A stretch of DNA of 64,000 bases, from contig CAYQUS010000001.1 of the NCBI GenBank assembly GCA_964421015.1, positions 172,726 to 236,725 on the forward strand, given 5' to 3'. Positions 30,742 through 40,389 of this stretch are shown piece after piece. The notes under the pieces are model-generated. The model saw only the letters and a list, made by a program, of their open reading frames with translations, was not told where the DNA came from and did not search any database. Origin of the DNA: an uncultured Planctomycetia bacterium (GTDB taxonomy: Bacteria; Omnitrophota; Gorgyraeia; Tantalellales; Tantalellaceae). The position numbers and the translations under genes are program-made. The stretch's first letter is position 1; each line of letters begins with the position of its first letter.

Positions 30742-31069
30742 AACGCTGTCTCCTTCCTCATATTTGGTCATCTTATTTCCGAACGAGATTTTATTCCTGA
30801 TAGAGGATTATATAAGAACGGCCCTAATATGACAAACAAAATATGGCAGGAACCGAGAAAGTTTTGGCCTGGCTGAAACTCCTAAAGATCAACCCGCATT
30901 ACTCATTCGTGTACCGGAACCACCCCCTTACCCTTATAGTTCAGCGCTCAGGAATTCATTTCCCTGAGCGTAAAGCACTTTTTGTTAACTTACAAATAGT
31001 TTGTTTTTAGAATCTTGCTTTTTAGGATTTTACCGGTAAACTCTATTTTGAGTGTCGGATCGCTCTTTA

Positions 31070-31180
31070 AAACCCTGACGTGTCAAACGACAAAGGCAAA
31101 CTGTCTGAAAAGGCAGGGCGCAAAGTTCTGAGCCTAAAATCTTCTAAAAGAAGACATGGTTGTCAGACCGCCGAATTTGA
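31070..31180 (+). ncRNA. candidate c-di-GMP-I (GEMM) riboswitch aptamer
   Basis: CAAAGGCAAAC-TGTCT-GAAA-AGGCA-GGGCGCAAAG-TTCTGAGCCTAAAA parallels the V. cholerae Vc2 core CAGGGCAAACC-ATTC-GAAA-GAGTG-GGACGCAAAG-CCTCCGGCCTAAA as recalled from memory. It sits in the 5' leader of a plus-strand gene. Confidence 0.55.
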
Positions 31181-31211
31181 TAGCGAGTCGAGTTTCAGCC
31201 GACTTTTGGAA

Positions 31212-31254
31212 CCCTATCTTTGGACAGCGCCTTTGTTGATAGGGTTTTTTATTT
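31212..31254 (+). terminator. intrinsic terminator/attenuator hairpin just upstream of the GH gene's ribosome-binding site
   Basis: CCCTATC-(19 nt loop)-GATAGGG followed by TTTTTTATTTT, ending about 18 nt before the ATG at 31273. Confidence 0.55.
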
Positions 31255-31272
31255 TCCACAAGGAGGCTGAAC

Positions 31273-32358
31273 ATGTTCGCTAAGTCAAGAAGGAAACAAC
31301 TGTTATCGGCTGTACTTTTCGTGTCTTTTGTTATCTCGTACTTATGCCCCGCTGAACTGTACTCCGACTCATCCGCTATTATCCCGCATAAAGGAATGTG
31401 CTACGCCACCTGGGAGCAGGAAAAGTTCTCTTCGGAACATTCCGACGAGTCCCTCGCCAGGTTAAGCGCCCTCGGCACAGACCATATATCGCTCATTGTC
31501 ACCCGTTATCAGGAAAGATACAACTCCACAAAAATCGTGTCCAACGAAAGGACCCCTAGCGACAAAAGCCTTCTCCATGCGGCAAAGACCGCGCATAAGT
31601 TAGGGCTGACGGTTATGTTAAAACCGCACATAGACCTTATAGAGAAGGGTGACGGGACATATTGGCGGGCCGACATAGGTTTCAACTCTACGGAAGACTG
31701 GGAAGAATGGTTCAAAGAATACAGGAAGATGATAGTGCATTACGCCAAACTTGCCGAAAAGATGGAAGCTGATATTTTCTGCGTGGGAACGGAACTTTCT
31801 TTTACCAGCCAGAAAAAAGAAGAGTGGCTCAGGATAATAAGCGAAGTCCGGGAAGTTTTCAGCGGAAAACTGGTCTATGCGGCCAACTGGGATGAGTTCA
31901 AAAATATCGAGTTCTGGGACAAACTCGATTACGTCGGAATAGACGCCTACTTCCCCCTGTCATACTCCCCCAACCCTGAAGTCGAAGACCTCAAAAGAGG
32001 CTGGGAAAAATGGAAACTGGAACTAAGGGACTGGCATTCCGCAATAAATAAACCCATACTTTTCACGGAGCTGGGCTACGCCAGCACGCCTAACGCGCCC
32101 TATTCACCCTGGGAAGGGGGCATGCAGGGTAACGCGGATGTGGAGATACAGGCAAAATGCTACGAGGCCTTTTTTGAGACTATCTGGCAGGAACCATGGT
32201 TTGCCGGTGTATACTGGTGGAAATGGAACCCCAACGTTCGCTCCGGCGGAAAATACAACCGCAGATTTACCCCTCAGAATAAGCCGGCGGAGAAAATAAT
32301 AGAAGCCCATTATAGAGGGGAAGGCTCTGCCGTTTCCAGGATAGCCATGGCCAAATAA
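31273..32358 (+). CDS. secreted TIM-barrel glycoside hydrolase (clan GH-A-like; family uncertain)
   Basis: Signal peptide; motifs FCVGTELS and FTELGY typical of clan GH-A catalytic glutamates; WWKW near the C-terminus. Confidence 0.6.
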   Translation: MFAKSRRKQLLSAVLFVSFVISYLCPAELYSDSSAIIPHKGMCYATWEQEKFSSEHSDESLARLSALGTDHISLIVTRYQERYNSTKIVSNERTPSDKSLLHAAKTAHKLGLTVMLKPHIDLIEKGDGTYWRADIGFNSTEDWEEWFKEYRKMIVHYAKLAEKMEADIFCVGTELSFTSQKKEEWLRIISEVREVFSGKLVYAANWDEFKNIEFWDKLDYVGIDAYFPLSYSPNPEVEDLKRGWEKWKLELRDWHSAINKPILFTELGYASTPNAPYSPWEGGMQGNADVEIQAKCYEAFFETIWQEPWFAGVYWWKWNPNVRSGGKYNRRFTPQNKPAEKIIEAHYRGEGSAVSRIAMAK

Positions 32359-32391
32359 AATGAGCCGGTCAGGATTTAAAAAGAAGTTTCT

Positions 32392-32847
32392 TCAGTCAAG
32401 GACCGACCAGTCGGAGAGTTTCTCTTCGGAGAAGGAAAGATATATCCTTGGCCCCTTAAAGTAAGTGGCCGAGGAACTTTTATAGACCCATCGCTCGGTG
32501 CCCTCTTTCTCGCCCGGAACTACCACTACAGCCTCTCCGAAATCTTTCTTTACGGAGGCCGCATCCATGCCTTTACTGATGCGGCCTTCATCTATGGATT
32601 TTTTTAGGAATTCGTATCTTGCGGTCTCGCGCTTATACTCCCTGACCATATCTTCCCTGTCTTTGGAAAGTGTCATGAGAGACGCCACCCCTGTCGGAGA
32701 CTTAACCCACTTTATCTTTTTCTCTTTTTTAGCAGCCGCAGAAACATCCGCCGGGATGACAACACATACCCACAGAAGAACTAAAATTGCCTGATAAATC
32801 TTGATCCCGATTTTCATTTTTCCCACCTGTCTCCGGCGAAAGGTCAA
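32392..32847 (-). CDS. secreted hypothetical protein
   Basis: Signal peptide (MKIGIKIYQAILVLLWVCVV) after an internal Met; 6 bp downstream of the PhoH2 gene. Confidence 0.45.
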   Translation of the reverse strand: MTFRRRQVGKMKIGIKIYQAILVLLWVCVVIPADVSAAAKKEKKIKWVKSPTGVASLMTLSKDREDMVREYKRETARYEFLKKSIDEGRISKGMDAASVKKDFGEAVVVVPGEKEGTERWVYKSSSATYFKGPRIYLSFSEEKLSDWSVLD

Positions 32848-32853
32848 AAGAGC

Positions 32854-34176
32854 TTAAAGCAGCTCCGCCGCCATAGAAGCCAGCGCGCTCCTCTCGCTCC
32901 TGGTCATAGTAATGTGCCCGAACATCTTTTGCCCTTTCATCTTTTCCACGCAATAGGTCAACCCGTTGCTGGATGAATCAAGATAAGGATTATCTATCTG
33001 ATAAGGATCTCCGGTGAGCACCATCTTTGTCCCGCTGCCGGCCCTGCTTATTATCGTCTTAACTTCGTGAGGTGTAAGGTTCTGAGCCTCGTCTATGACG
33101 ATAAAACTGTCGGGTATGCTTCTACCCCTCATGAAGGTCATAGCCTCAAGCTCTATTACCTCTTCCTTGATGTATTTCTCTATCTGTGACTTCGTGGTGC
33201 CTTTCACGTTCTTGTCTTTTTTCTCCGCGTTCAGTATGTATTCGAGATTATCAAATATAGGCCCCATCCAGCTGGACAGTTTCTCGTCTTTAGTCCCCGG
33301 GAGATAACCTATATCCCTTCCCAGGGGCATCACAGGCCTTGATATGAGTATCCTCTCATAAGAACCGTCCCTGACTACCTTCTGCAGACCCGCAGCTATG
33401 GCAAGGAGCGTCTTGCCCGTGCCCGCCTGACCCACGAGAGTGACCAGGTGTATATCGTTGTTAAGAAGGAGCTCTATGGCCATCGCCTGCTCCTTGTTCC
33501 TTGGCCTTATCGACATGACAGACATTTTGTTGAAAATAAGAGGCATGAGTATCCTGAAATCGTCCTTGAACCTACCTATTGCGGTATGCTTCGGGTTGGT
33601 CTTGTCCGTAAGCAGGGCGAACTCATTCGGGAAGAACTCCATGCCCTGCACGGAAAATTCCTTCTTGCTGTAGAAAGCGTCGAGTTGTTCTTTGTCCACG
33701 TCTACGGATCTCCACCCCTGGTAAAGCCTGTCAAAATCAACTTTCTGTTTTTCGAAATCAACGCTTTTTATTCCTAGCGCGTCAGCTTTGATCCTGGCGT
33801 TAATGTCCTTGGAAACGAATATTACCTGCTCCCCTTCTTCCTGAAGCACGTAGGCCGTGATCAGTATCCTGTTGTCGGCCAAGCTCTTGGACAAACCCAG
33901 ACCCGTCACCTTGTCATAGTCCATCCCGGTGGTTATTCTGAGAACCCCGCCGTTATCGAGAAAAAAACCCTGCCCCGGCTCACCCTTATGTCTGAGCTCG
34001 TCAAGCATTCGTATAGCCACACGGGCGTTACGCCCTTTCTCGTCATGATCTCTCTTGAACTTATCCAGCTCCTCGAGGACTTCTATGGGCAGGAGAACCG
34101 TATTGTCGGAAAAGGAGACCAGGGACTGGGGATTATGCAGTATTACGTTAGTATCCAAAACAAAAGTCTTATTCAA
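32854..34176 (-). CDS. PhoH2-type PIN-domain / PhoH-like ATPase fusion
   Basis: N-terminal PIN (VLDTNVILHNP) and a PhoH P-loop GQAGTGKT. Start trimmed to the TTG giving MNKTFVLDTNV, which has an AAAGGA ribosome-binding site. Confidence 0.75.
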   Translation of the reverse strand: MNKTFVLDTNVILHNPQSLVSFSDNTVLLPIEVLEELDKFKRDHDEKGRNARVAIRMLDELRHKGEPGQGFFLDNGGVLRITTGMDYDKVTGLGLSKSLADNRILITAYVLQEEGEQVIFVSKDINARIKADALGIKSVDFEKQKVDFDRLYQGWRSVDVDKEQLDAFYSKKEFSVQGMEFFPNEFALLTDKTNPKHTAIGRFKDDFRILMPLIFNKMSVMSIRPRNKEQAMAIELLLNNDIHLVTLVGQAGTGKTLLAIAAGLQKVVRDGSYERILISRPVMPLGRDIGYLPGTKDEKLSSWMGPIFDNLEYILNAEKKDKNVKGTTKSQIEKYIKEEVIELEAMTFMRGRSIPDSFIVIDEAQNLTPHEVKTIISRAGSGTKMVLTGDPYQIDNPYLDSSSNGLTYCVEKMKGQKMFGHITMTRSERSALASMAAELL

Positions 34177-34226
34177 AATTTTTCCTTTCGTTTTATTTGA
34201 ACGGAGAAATACTTTCCCTACAAAAA

Positions 34227-34703
34227 CTAAACAAAACGCTTCACCATCATAGACACGGAACGGCCCATATCGAGGCATTGCTCGGTTACCCTGGCGTCCG
34301 GAGCCCCTATGGAAACGACCCCGTAGTGATCCCCTTTGTGCCTCCCGAAAACTGTCATGCCGTGTATCATCATGGCGTTAAGTATCCCGGTGACTGTGGT
34401 CTCATTGCCACCGCCTATATTGGCCGCTGAGGTAAATGCCGCCCCTACTTTCCCTGACAGTTTACCATGAATTTTAACGGAGTCATCAAAAAATTTCTTT
34501 ATCTGCCAGGCCATGGAACCGTAATAGGTCGGAGACCCTATCACGATGGCATCGTATAAAAGGGCCTTTTCAACGGAAAAATCCTTAATGTCAGTCAGGT
34601 CCACGCTCACATCTCCGCTTTCCCCGGCTCCCCTAGCCACTATTTCTGCCATCGCTTTAGTATTTCCCCCTCTGGAATAATACACTACGGCTATTTTTTT
34701 CAT
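34227..34703 (-). CDS. flavodoxin-like FMN protein
   Basis: MKKIAVVYYSRGGNTKAMAE flavodoxin signature. Confidence 0.8.
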   Translation of the reverse strand: MKKIAVVYYSRGGNTKAMAEIVARGAGESGDVSVDLTDIKDFSVEKALLYDAIVIGSPTYYGSMAWQIKKFFDDSVKIHGKLSGKVGAAFTSAANIGGGNETTVTGILNAMMIHGMTVFGRHKGDHYGVVSIGAPDARVTEQCLDMGRSVSMMVKRFV

Positions 34704-34762
34704 ACCTCCCCCTTTATCGCTTTTTGTTAATACCCCTCCCGGGAACGATCATCGTAAAGATA

Positions 34763-35548
34763 TCAGATATCTTCTACCTTGACAAGAACAGCGGTAACTA
34801 TCCCGAAAGGTATGCTTACGGCTCCGTATACGGGATACCGGTTGCTGTCCGCCGAGACATATGCCCATGCCTTTCCTTTTTTAAACTCTTTGCCCTCATG
34901 GTAAACTTTAAGCGTAACCTTGCGGACTTGCGAATGAGCCATGGCCGGGATTTTCATCTTCCGCTCCTCTCCCACGCCGGCGCACACGCTGTAATTCTTC
35001 TCGTTGGTAGTAACAACAAGACATACTTCATCCCCGGACACGGCCGGAACAGACATGAAGTAACAAATAGCGCTCATGGGATCTTGCGGCCATCTCGGGA
35101 TGGAGCACCTTTTAACAGAACCGTCGGTAATACTGGTATAGACCGCCTCCATCTTGTCAAAATCGTATTCCACTATCACATGTTTTCTGTAGCTGCCCTC
35201 CTTCCTGTCGGCTTCGTAACGCAGGCTTGTCATGGTATCCTTGTCCACCAGAGAATAGTAAGTATCTTCCACCCTGTATATCGCCGACAGGAAACGGTTA
35301 GATTCGGTAACCAGTTTCAAAGTATATACCTTTTTCCCCCTGTACTCGGATATTTCACCGCTCTCGGCCGTAACAGATCCCACCGGAATACCGTTCCAGT
35401 GAATATGATAAACCATTCTTTTATTTACGGGAAAATCACCCGGAGAAAGTTCCCCGGCTGACGCAAAGCCCCCGGTGAAAAGTATGAGGAAGATCGGTAT
35501 CGTGGCTAAAAAACATTTCACGTGGTATATTATAACTGCTCGAGACAA
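34763..35548 (-). CDS. DUF3108-like secreted/membrane protein
   Basis: N-terminal hydrophobic segment; YHIHWNGIPVGSVT resembles the DUF3108 signature. Confidence 0.5.
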   Translation of the reverse strand: MSRAVIIYHVKCFLATIPIFLILFTGGFASAGELSPGDFPVNKRMVYHIHWNGIPVGSVTAESGEISEYRGKKVYTLKLVTESNRFLSAIYRVEDTYYSLVDKDTMTSLRYEADRKEGSYRKHVIVEYDFDKMEAVYTSITDGSVKRCSIPRWPQDPMSAICYFMSVPAVSGDEVCLVVTTNEKNYSVCAGVGEERKMKIPAMAHSQVRKVTLKVYHEGKEFKKGKAWAYVSADSNRYPVYGAVSIPFGIVTAVLVKVEDI

Positions 35549-35564
35549 AAACCGGGAGAATAAA

Positions 35565-36113
35565 ATGGACTTCAGGGAACTTGCCGCTAAAAGAAGAAGC
35601 GTTAGGTCTTACAAAAAGCACTCCCCGATACCCAGGAAGCATCTGGAAATATGCCTCCAAACCGCTCGGTTATCGCCTTCCGCCTGCAACTCTCAGCCAT
35701 GGAAGTTCATCGTCATAGACGACCCCTCTCTTCTCGAGCGAGTAGCGAAAGAAGTAATATCGGGCGCCCACAAAATGAACCTTTTCGCGGCGGATGCGTC
35801 GGCCTTTATCGCCGTAGTCGTTGAAAACCTTAAACCTGCGGCCTGGGCCGGGGGAAAGATCATGGGAACGGATTTCAGGCTTACTGACGCCGGGATAGCT
35901 GCGGCACATTTAGTTCTACAGGCCGAAGACCTGGGGATAAATACCTGCATACTAGGATGGTTCAACGAAAAAAAACTTAAAAGAATACTGGGCGTGCCCG
36001 GATCGAGGAGAATACCGCTTCTCATAGCCATGGGATACGAAGAGGAGAAAAATATCCGGGAAAAGGACCGTAAACCCTTCAACGAAACTGCCGGTTTCAA
36101 CTCCTACAGCTGA
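35565..36113 (+). CDS. nitroreductase family protein
   Basis: RRSVRSY and ACNSQPW nitroreductase motifs; start trimmed to MDFREL. Confidence 0.8.
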   Translation: MDFRELAAKRRSVRSYKKHSPIPRKHLEICLQTARLSPSACNSQPWKFIVIDDPSLLERVAKEVISGAHKMNLFAADASAFIAVVVENLKPAAWAGGKIMGTDFRLTDAGIAAAHLVLQAEDLGINTCILGWFNEKKLKRILGVPGSRRIPLLIAMGYEEEKNIREKDRKPFNETAGFNSYS

Positions 36114-36627
36114 TCGTGCGTAATACCCCCGCCATCGCCAGAGCCGATATGGTCTTGGAATCCGTTATTCTTCCGTTCTTAAGCATTTTCCTGACCTGAT
36201 CCGGGGAAAATTTCCGCACGGTTATCATCTCGTGTTCATCACGTTTTACCGGCCCGCGTTCACCGCAAACCGCAAGAAAGACATTTATTTTCTCGTCGCA
36301 GAACCCGGGTGATGTGTATATGGCCCCAAGCTTGACGACGGATAAGGACAAATAGCCGGTTTCTTCCTCGAGCTCCCTCACCGCGCATTCAACCGGTCTT
36401 TCCCCGGGAGAGAGTATCCCGGCAGGCAGTTCCCATATGTACTCGTCTACGACGGCCCGATACTGCCTTATAAATATTATTTTGCCGTCTTTTACCGGAA
36501 CCGTAAGTGAAGCCCCCGGATGGGAGACCTCTTCCATATAGACTTTCCTCTTGTCGGGCAAGGTTTTCAACCCCCGCCTGAGCTCTATCAGTTTTCCCCT
36601 GAAAAAAACTGAACTTTTCTTTTTCAT
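36097..36627 (-). CDS. NUDIX hydrolase (ADP-ribose pyrophosphatase-like)
   Basis: Nudix box RELEEETGY. Confidence 0.8.
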   Translation of the reverse strand: MKKKSSVFFRGKLIELRRGLKTLPDKRKVYMEEVSHPGASLTVPVKDGKIIFIRQYRAVVDEYIWELPAGILSPGERPVECAVRELEEETGYLSLSVVKLGAIYTSPGFCDEKINVFLAVCGERGPVKRDEHEMITVRKFSPDQVRKMLKNGRITDSKTISALAMAGVLRTISCRS

Positions 36628-36676
36628 TTATTCCCCCCAAGTTTGATTTGCATAAGAGTATATCACTGGCAAAGGG

Positions 36677-36712
36677 CATTAGAAATAAAAAAAGAGGATC
36701 CGATGGATCCCC
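36677..36712. terminator. bidirectional intrinsic terminator
   Basis: A7-GAGGATCC-GAT-GGATCCCC-T7. Confidence 0.65.
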
Positions 36713-36738
36713 TTTTTTTACTGTTAAACGCAACGCTG

Positions 36739-37116
36739 TTATTTCTTAAGATATTCCAAAATGGCGTCGTCTTTTCTTTCCTGCCATTCCTGCTTGAAAT
36801 CTTCCCTGTGTTTTGTTTTAAGTTCAGGCATAACAGTACTGGTATCCTGAAAAGCTACCCTGTAAGCGCCCTTTTCCCCGTTAGAACCTTCCATCGATAC
36901 CGGGGTTACCCTGAAAGCCAGAGCGGCGAACATGAAAAGCACTATCGCTGCCGATACGGCGCTCTTGGTTATCCTGTACCCTGCCAGAGACTCGGTTCGG
37001 CACTTCATATCAACACCGAAATCCAGTCCACCCTTAAGGTACTCACCGGCGATATTCGCTGCCTCATCCTTATCGCTGGCATTGCACACAAGCTCTATTA
37101 CGGTTCTGTATCTCAT
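36739..37116 (-). CDS. hypothetical membrane protein, 125 aa
   Basis: One predicted TM helix; preceded by a 200-bp AT-rich intergenic region. Confidence 0.4.
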   Translation of the reverse strand: MRYRTVIELVCNASDKDEAANIAGEYLKGGLDFGVDMKCRTESLAGYRITKSAVSAAIVLFMFAALAFRVTPVSMEGSNGEKGAYRVAFQDTSTVMPELKTKHREDFKQEWQERKDDAILEYLKK

Positions 37117-37315
37117 TGTCCCCTCCGATTTATTATAAAAATCCTTTAAAGATTTCTTACTTTCTGTTTATTTACTTCAACTAGATTGTACACTGTCGAA
37201 TATGCAATGTCAACTAAATATTTGAAATACTAACAACATGGTAAAAAAGGCATTATTACCTATTTTTTCAGGATATTTTAAGGTTTTTTGATTACTAACT
37301 ATGTATTGGGAGGTA

Positions 37316-38113
37316 TCACTGGATGCCTGATTTTTCAGACAATATTTCTGACATTTCCTTGTGTATTTTTCCGTTCGTAGCCAGTATGTTGCTCTTAAAT
37401 ATATCGTAGTCTGACCCGTCCAACACGGAAACTCGGCCCCCTGATTCTTCCACGATAAGGTACCCTGCCGCCGTATCCCAAGGGGAAAGGTTTAGCTCCC
37501 AGAAACCGTCCAGCCTTCCCGCGGCCACGTAGCAAAGATCAAGAGCGGCCGCGCCTGGACGCCTCACAGCCTGAGCCCTGGAGATCATTCTGGAAAAAAG
37601 TTCCATATTGGCTTTCCTTTTTTCCGGAGAATAGGCAAAACCCGTTGCCACAAGGGAGCTCTGTACGTCAGGAGCCGGAGATACCTCAATCTTAGTGCCG
37701 TTGAGCATAGCGCCTTTCTTCCTTTCCGCCGAAAACATTTCTTTTCTGACAGGGTCGTATACTACACCAAGCATGGAGACCCCTTGGGTCACGAGAGCTA
37801 TGGAAACACAAAAAAACGGGAATGTGTGCGCGTAGTTGACAGTTCCGTCAAGGGGGTCTATTACCCAAACGGGTGTATCTCCTCCCGCTCCGGTCTTACC
37901 GCTTTCCTCGGCAAGAATTGAATGATCCGGGAAAGCTTTTTTTATCCTGCCGACAATAATCGCCTCCGACGCCTTGTCAACGTCCGTCACAAGATCATTT
38001 ATCCCGCTTTTAAAAGATATCTCTCTCACCTTTCCTATGCGCTCGAAAATATAACTTCCCGCTTCTTCAGCTGCCCGCAGGGCCGTCCGCATCATCTCTC
38101 CGGTACATTCCAT
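37316..38113 (-). CDS. suhB: inositol monophosphatase family protein
   Basis: IDPLDGT and the WD-box of the IMPase family. Confidence 0.85.
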   Translation of the reverse strand: MECTGEMMRTALRAAEEAGSYIFERIGKVREISFKSGINDLVTDVDKASEAIIVGRIKKAFPDHSILAEESGKTGAGGDTPVWVIDPLDGTVNYAHTFPFFCVSIALVTQGVSMLGVVYDPVRKEMFSAERKKGAMLNGTKIEVSPAPDVQSSLVATGFAYSPEKRKANMELFSRMISRAQAVRRPGAAALDLCYVAAGRLDGFWELNLSPWDTAAGYLIVEESGGRVSVLDGSDYDIFKSNILATNGKIHKEMSEILSEKSGIQ

Positions 38114-38126
38114 TTGATCCTCCGAT

Positions 38127-38816
38127 TTATTGTAAAAAACCTCGCCGCAAAAGACCTTTCAGCGGGCAAATTTCGCATTTTGCCTCTTTCTTAAGACAAA
38201 ATCTCTTGCCTGTCTCGACAATAAGCGCGTGAAACTGATTGAACATTCTAACGTCTAAACCCAAAGCCGTGTGCACCATTTCCTGTATCGAATTATAGTC
38301 TTTTTCTCCGGACAGAACGGAATGCCTTTGAAAGATCCTTATAGTGTATGCATCTACCACAAATACCGGCCTTTGAAAAGCGTAAAGAAGTATGCTGTCA
38401 GCCGTCTCAGGACCTATCCCTTTTATTGACAAAAGTTTCTGCCTCAAAAGAGGGGTGGCGCCCGAAAATCTTTTTTTCATATGGTCGCCGCATTCCACCG
38501 CGAAAAATTCGCAGACCCTTTTAAGCCTCTCAGTTTTCTGCCGGAAATAACCGGTGCACCTTATTGCCTTCTGGACACTCTCCCCACCGGCATGGCGAAG
38601 TGCCTTTAAATTCAAAAGACCGAGCCGTTTAAGCTCCCTTATGGCGTTCTCTACATTGCGCCAGGAAGTATTTTGCGTAAGAACAGCGCCCACTATTACC
38701 TCGAAACGGCTTCTGGCCGGCCACCATCCCAGGTCCCCAAAATGTTCCTCAAGCAGAAAGAACATCTTTCGTATAACCTCTCCCCTGGCGATATTGTCCT
38801 TCTTCCCGACTCTCAT
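38127..38816 (-). CDS. endonuclease III-like HhH-GPD DNA glycosylase
   Basis: HhH-GPD motif LLSIKGIGPETAD and a C-terminal Cys cluster. Confidence 0.7.
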   Translation of the reverse strand: MRVGKKDNIARGEVIRKMFFLLEEHFGDLGWWPARSRFEVIVGAVLTQNTSWRNVENAIRELKRLGLLNLKALRHAGGESVQKAIRCTGYFRQKTERLKRVCEFFAVECGDHMKKRFSGATPLLRQKLLSIKGIGPETADSILLYAFQRPVFVVDAYTIRIFQRHSVLSGEKDYNSIQEMVHTALGLDVRMFNQFHALIVETGKRFCLKKEAKCEICPLKGLLRRGFLQ

Positions 38817-38843
38817 ACACTCCCAAAAAGTGAAAACAGGCGC

Positions 38844-39971
38844 CTATAATGCCGCGCGCGAAGATAGCTCAAGCTTCTTTCTGGCGAAATTTATCCTCTC
38901 CGAAATAGCCGGATGGGTATGAAAAAAAATCTTTCTTAAAAGCGGTGGGTCCGTATCCGAAAGGTTCATGTCCGCTAATTTTTCCATCACCGATATAAAG
39001 ACCTCCGGCCTGGGAAAAACATCCAGCGCGAAACTATCGGCCTGACGCTCCAGTCGCCGCGAGAAAAAATTCCTTAAAGGAAGAGCTATAAAATCAAAAC
39101 AGTAAACTAAAAGAAATAGGACCGGCAGCGTCCTTATGTCCGAAAGGCCGGGAACCCCTGAAATATGAACGATAAAATTTGACACTTCAAAAACCGCCCA
39201 AAAACCGAAAAAAGAAAGGAAAAACGAAAATAACAAAAGTTTAGCTACATGACGTTTTCCGTAATGCCCTAATTCATGGGCGGTCACCATAAAAACCTCA
39301 TCACTCGTGAAATTGTCCGTCAAAGTATCGGCAAGTATTACCTTTGCGGTTTTCCATACGCCTATTACCGCGGCATTAGCCTTCTTGGTCTTCCTGCTGA
39401 AATCTATTCGGCATACATCCCGGACCTTTATGCCTGATTTTTCCCCGAGTTCTTCTATACCGGCCTTAAGCTCTTCGGAAGATATGGGAATATATCTGAA
39501 AAATAGCGGTAATATGACCTTCGGATAAAGGAACACAAAGACCAGGGAAAACAACGCCCAGGCAAAAAAAGATATTATCCACCACGTCCCGGGAAACGCG
39601 GAAACGTTAACATAAAAAACGACGATCAGGGCGAGAGACAGGAGAAAATTCAAGGTCGAGGCCTTGAGATCGTCTTTAAGCCAGGCCCCGGCGGTCATGG
39701 AGGAAAGCCCGTATTTTCTGTCTATCCGGTAAGATCCGAAGAAACGGTTCGGGAAAAGAACAAGCCCGCAAAAAACAAGAAAAATCACTATATACGGAAT
39801 ATCGGGACGGGAAAAATATCTGCGTAGAACTTCAAAAAGCGGATCCGACAGAAAAACCTCGAAAACCGAAACCGCAAGAAAAGCCAAAGCTGTCCCGGAA
39901 ACAGCGAACCTTGCCTTTATCGAAGAGTATTCTTTAGCTTTTTGACGGACAGAAGGCGCGTTCCCGCTCAT
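38844..39971 (-). CDS. M48-family (Ste24/HtpX-like) membrane zinc metallopeptidase
   Basis: HELGH zinc motif and C-terminal HTHPAISERI; multiple TM helices. Confidence 0.8.
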   Translation of the reverse strand: MSGNAPSVRQKAKEYSSIKARFAVSGTALAFLAVSVFEVFLSDPLFEVLRRYFSRPDIPYIVIFLVFCGLVLFPNRFFGSYRIDRKYGLSSMTAGAWLKDDLKASTLNFLLSLALIVVFYVNVSAFPGTWWIISFFAWALFSLVFVFLYPKVILPLFFRYIPISSEELKAGIEELGEKSGIKVRDVCRIDFSRKTKKANAAVIGVWKTAKVILADTLTDNFTSDEVFMVTAHELGHYGKRHVAKLLLFSFFLSFFGFWAVFEVSNFIVHISGVPGLSDIRTLPVLFLLVYCFDFIALPLRNFFSRRLERQADSFALDVFPRPEVFISVMEKLADMNLSDTDPPLLRKIFFHTHPAISERINFARKKLELSSRAAL

Positions 39972-39999
39972 CGTTACATATCCTCTGTGGCCGTCCTCT

Positions 40000-40356
40000 T
40001 CAGGATGTCTTTGACCGGCTTTGTTTTTTCTTGGAGCGGCCTATGGCGATTATGGTGTTCTTTTTTTTCTGAGCGTCAACATCAAGAGCCTTGAGCTTAC
40101 TGATGTACTTGTCAAAAACAGGTATTTCCAGTTCCCCTCTCAACATCATCCCGGCGGCTTCCTTGCCTATAGAGTGGTAAAGTTTCTCTTTTTTCAGATT
40201 TGTCATCTGTATCTCTACCTGAGCCTGAGCCATCCTGTACATCCTGGCGATATCGTCTTCCGCGGCCTTGACGGCTTTAGCAAGCTGCTCTCCCGTCCTT
40301 CTTACGGTCGGCTGGTATTTTTTCACTATCTTGGCCATATCTCCCTTGAATTCCAT
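40000..40356 (-). CDS. hypothetical protein, 118 aa, basic C-terminal tail
   Basis: No recognised motif; tightly spaced between lpxA and the M48 peptidase. Confidence 0.4.
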   Translation of the reverse strand: MEFKGDMAKIVKKYQPTVRRTGEQLAKAVKAAEDDIARMYRMAQAQVEIQMTNLKKEKLYHSIGKEAAGMMLRGELEIPVFDKYISKLKALDVDAQKKKNTIIAIGRSKKKQSRSKTS

Positions 40357-40389
40357 ATTAACCCCCTGTTATGCCCTTTGTCCGCGATT

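Noticed and set aside
31080-31283. 67-aa plus-strand ORF in the greA-GH intergenic region
   Set aside because: It coincides with the candidate riboswitch and terminator, and its translation has no convincing protein-like features.
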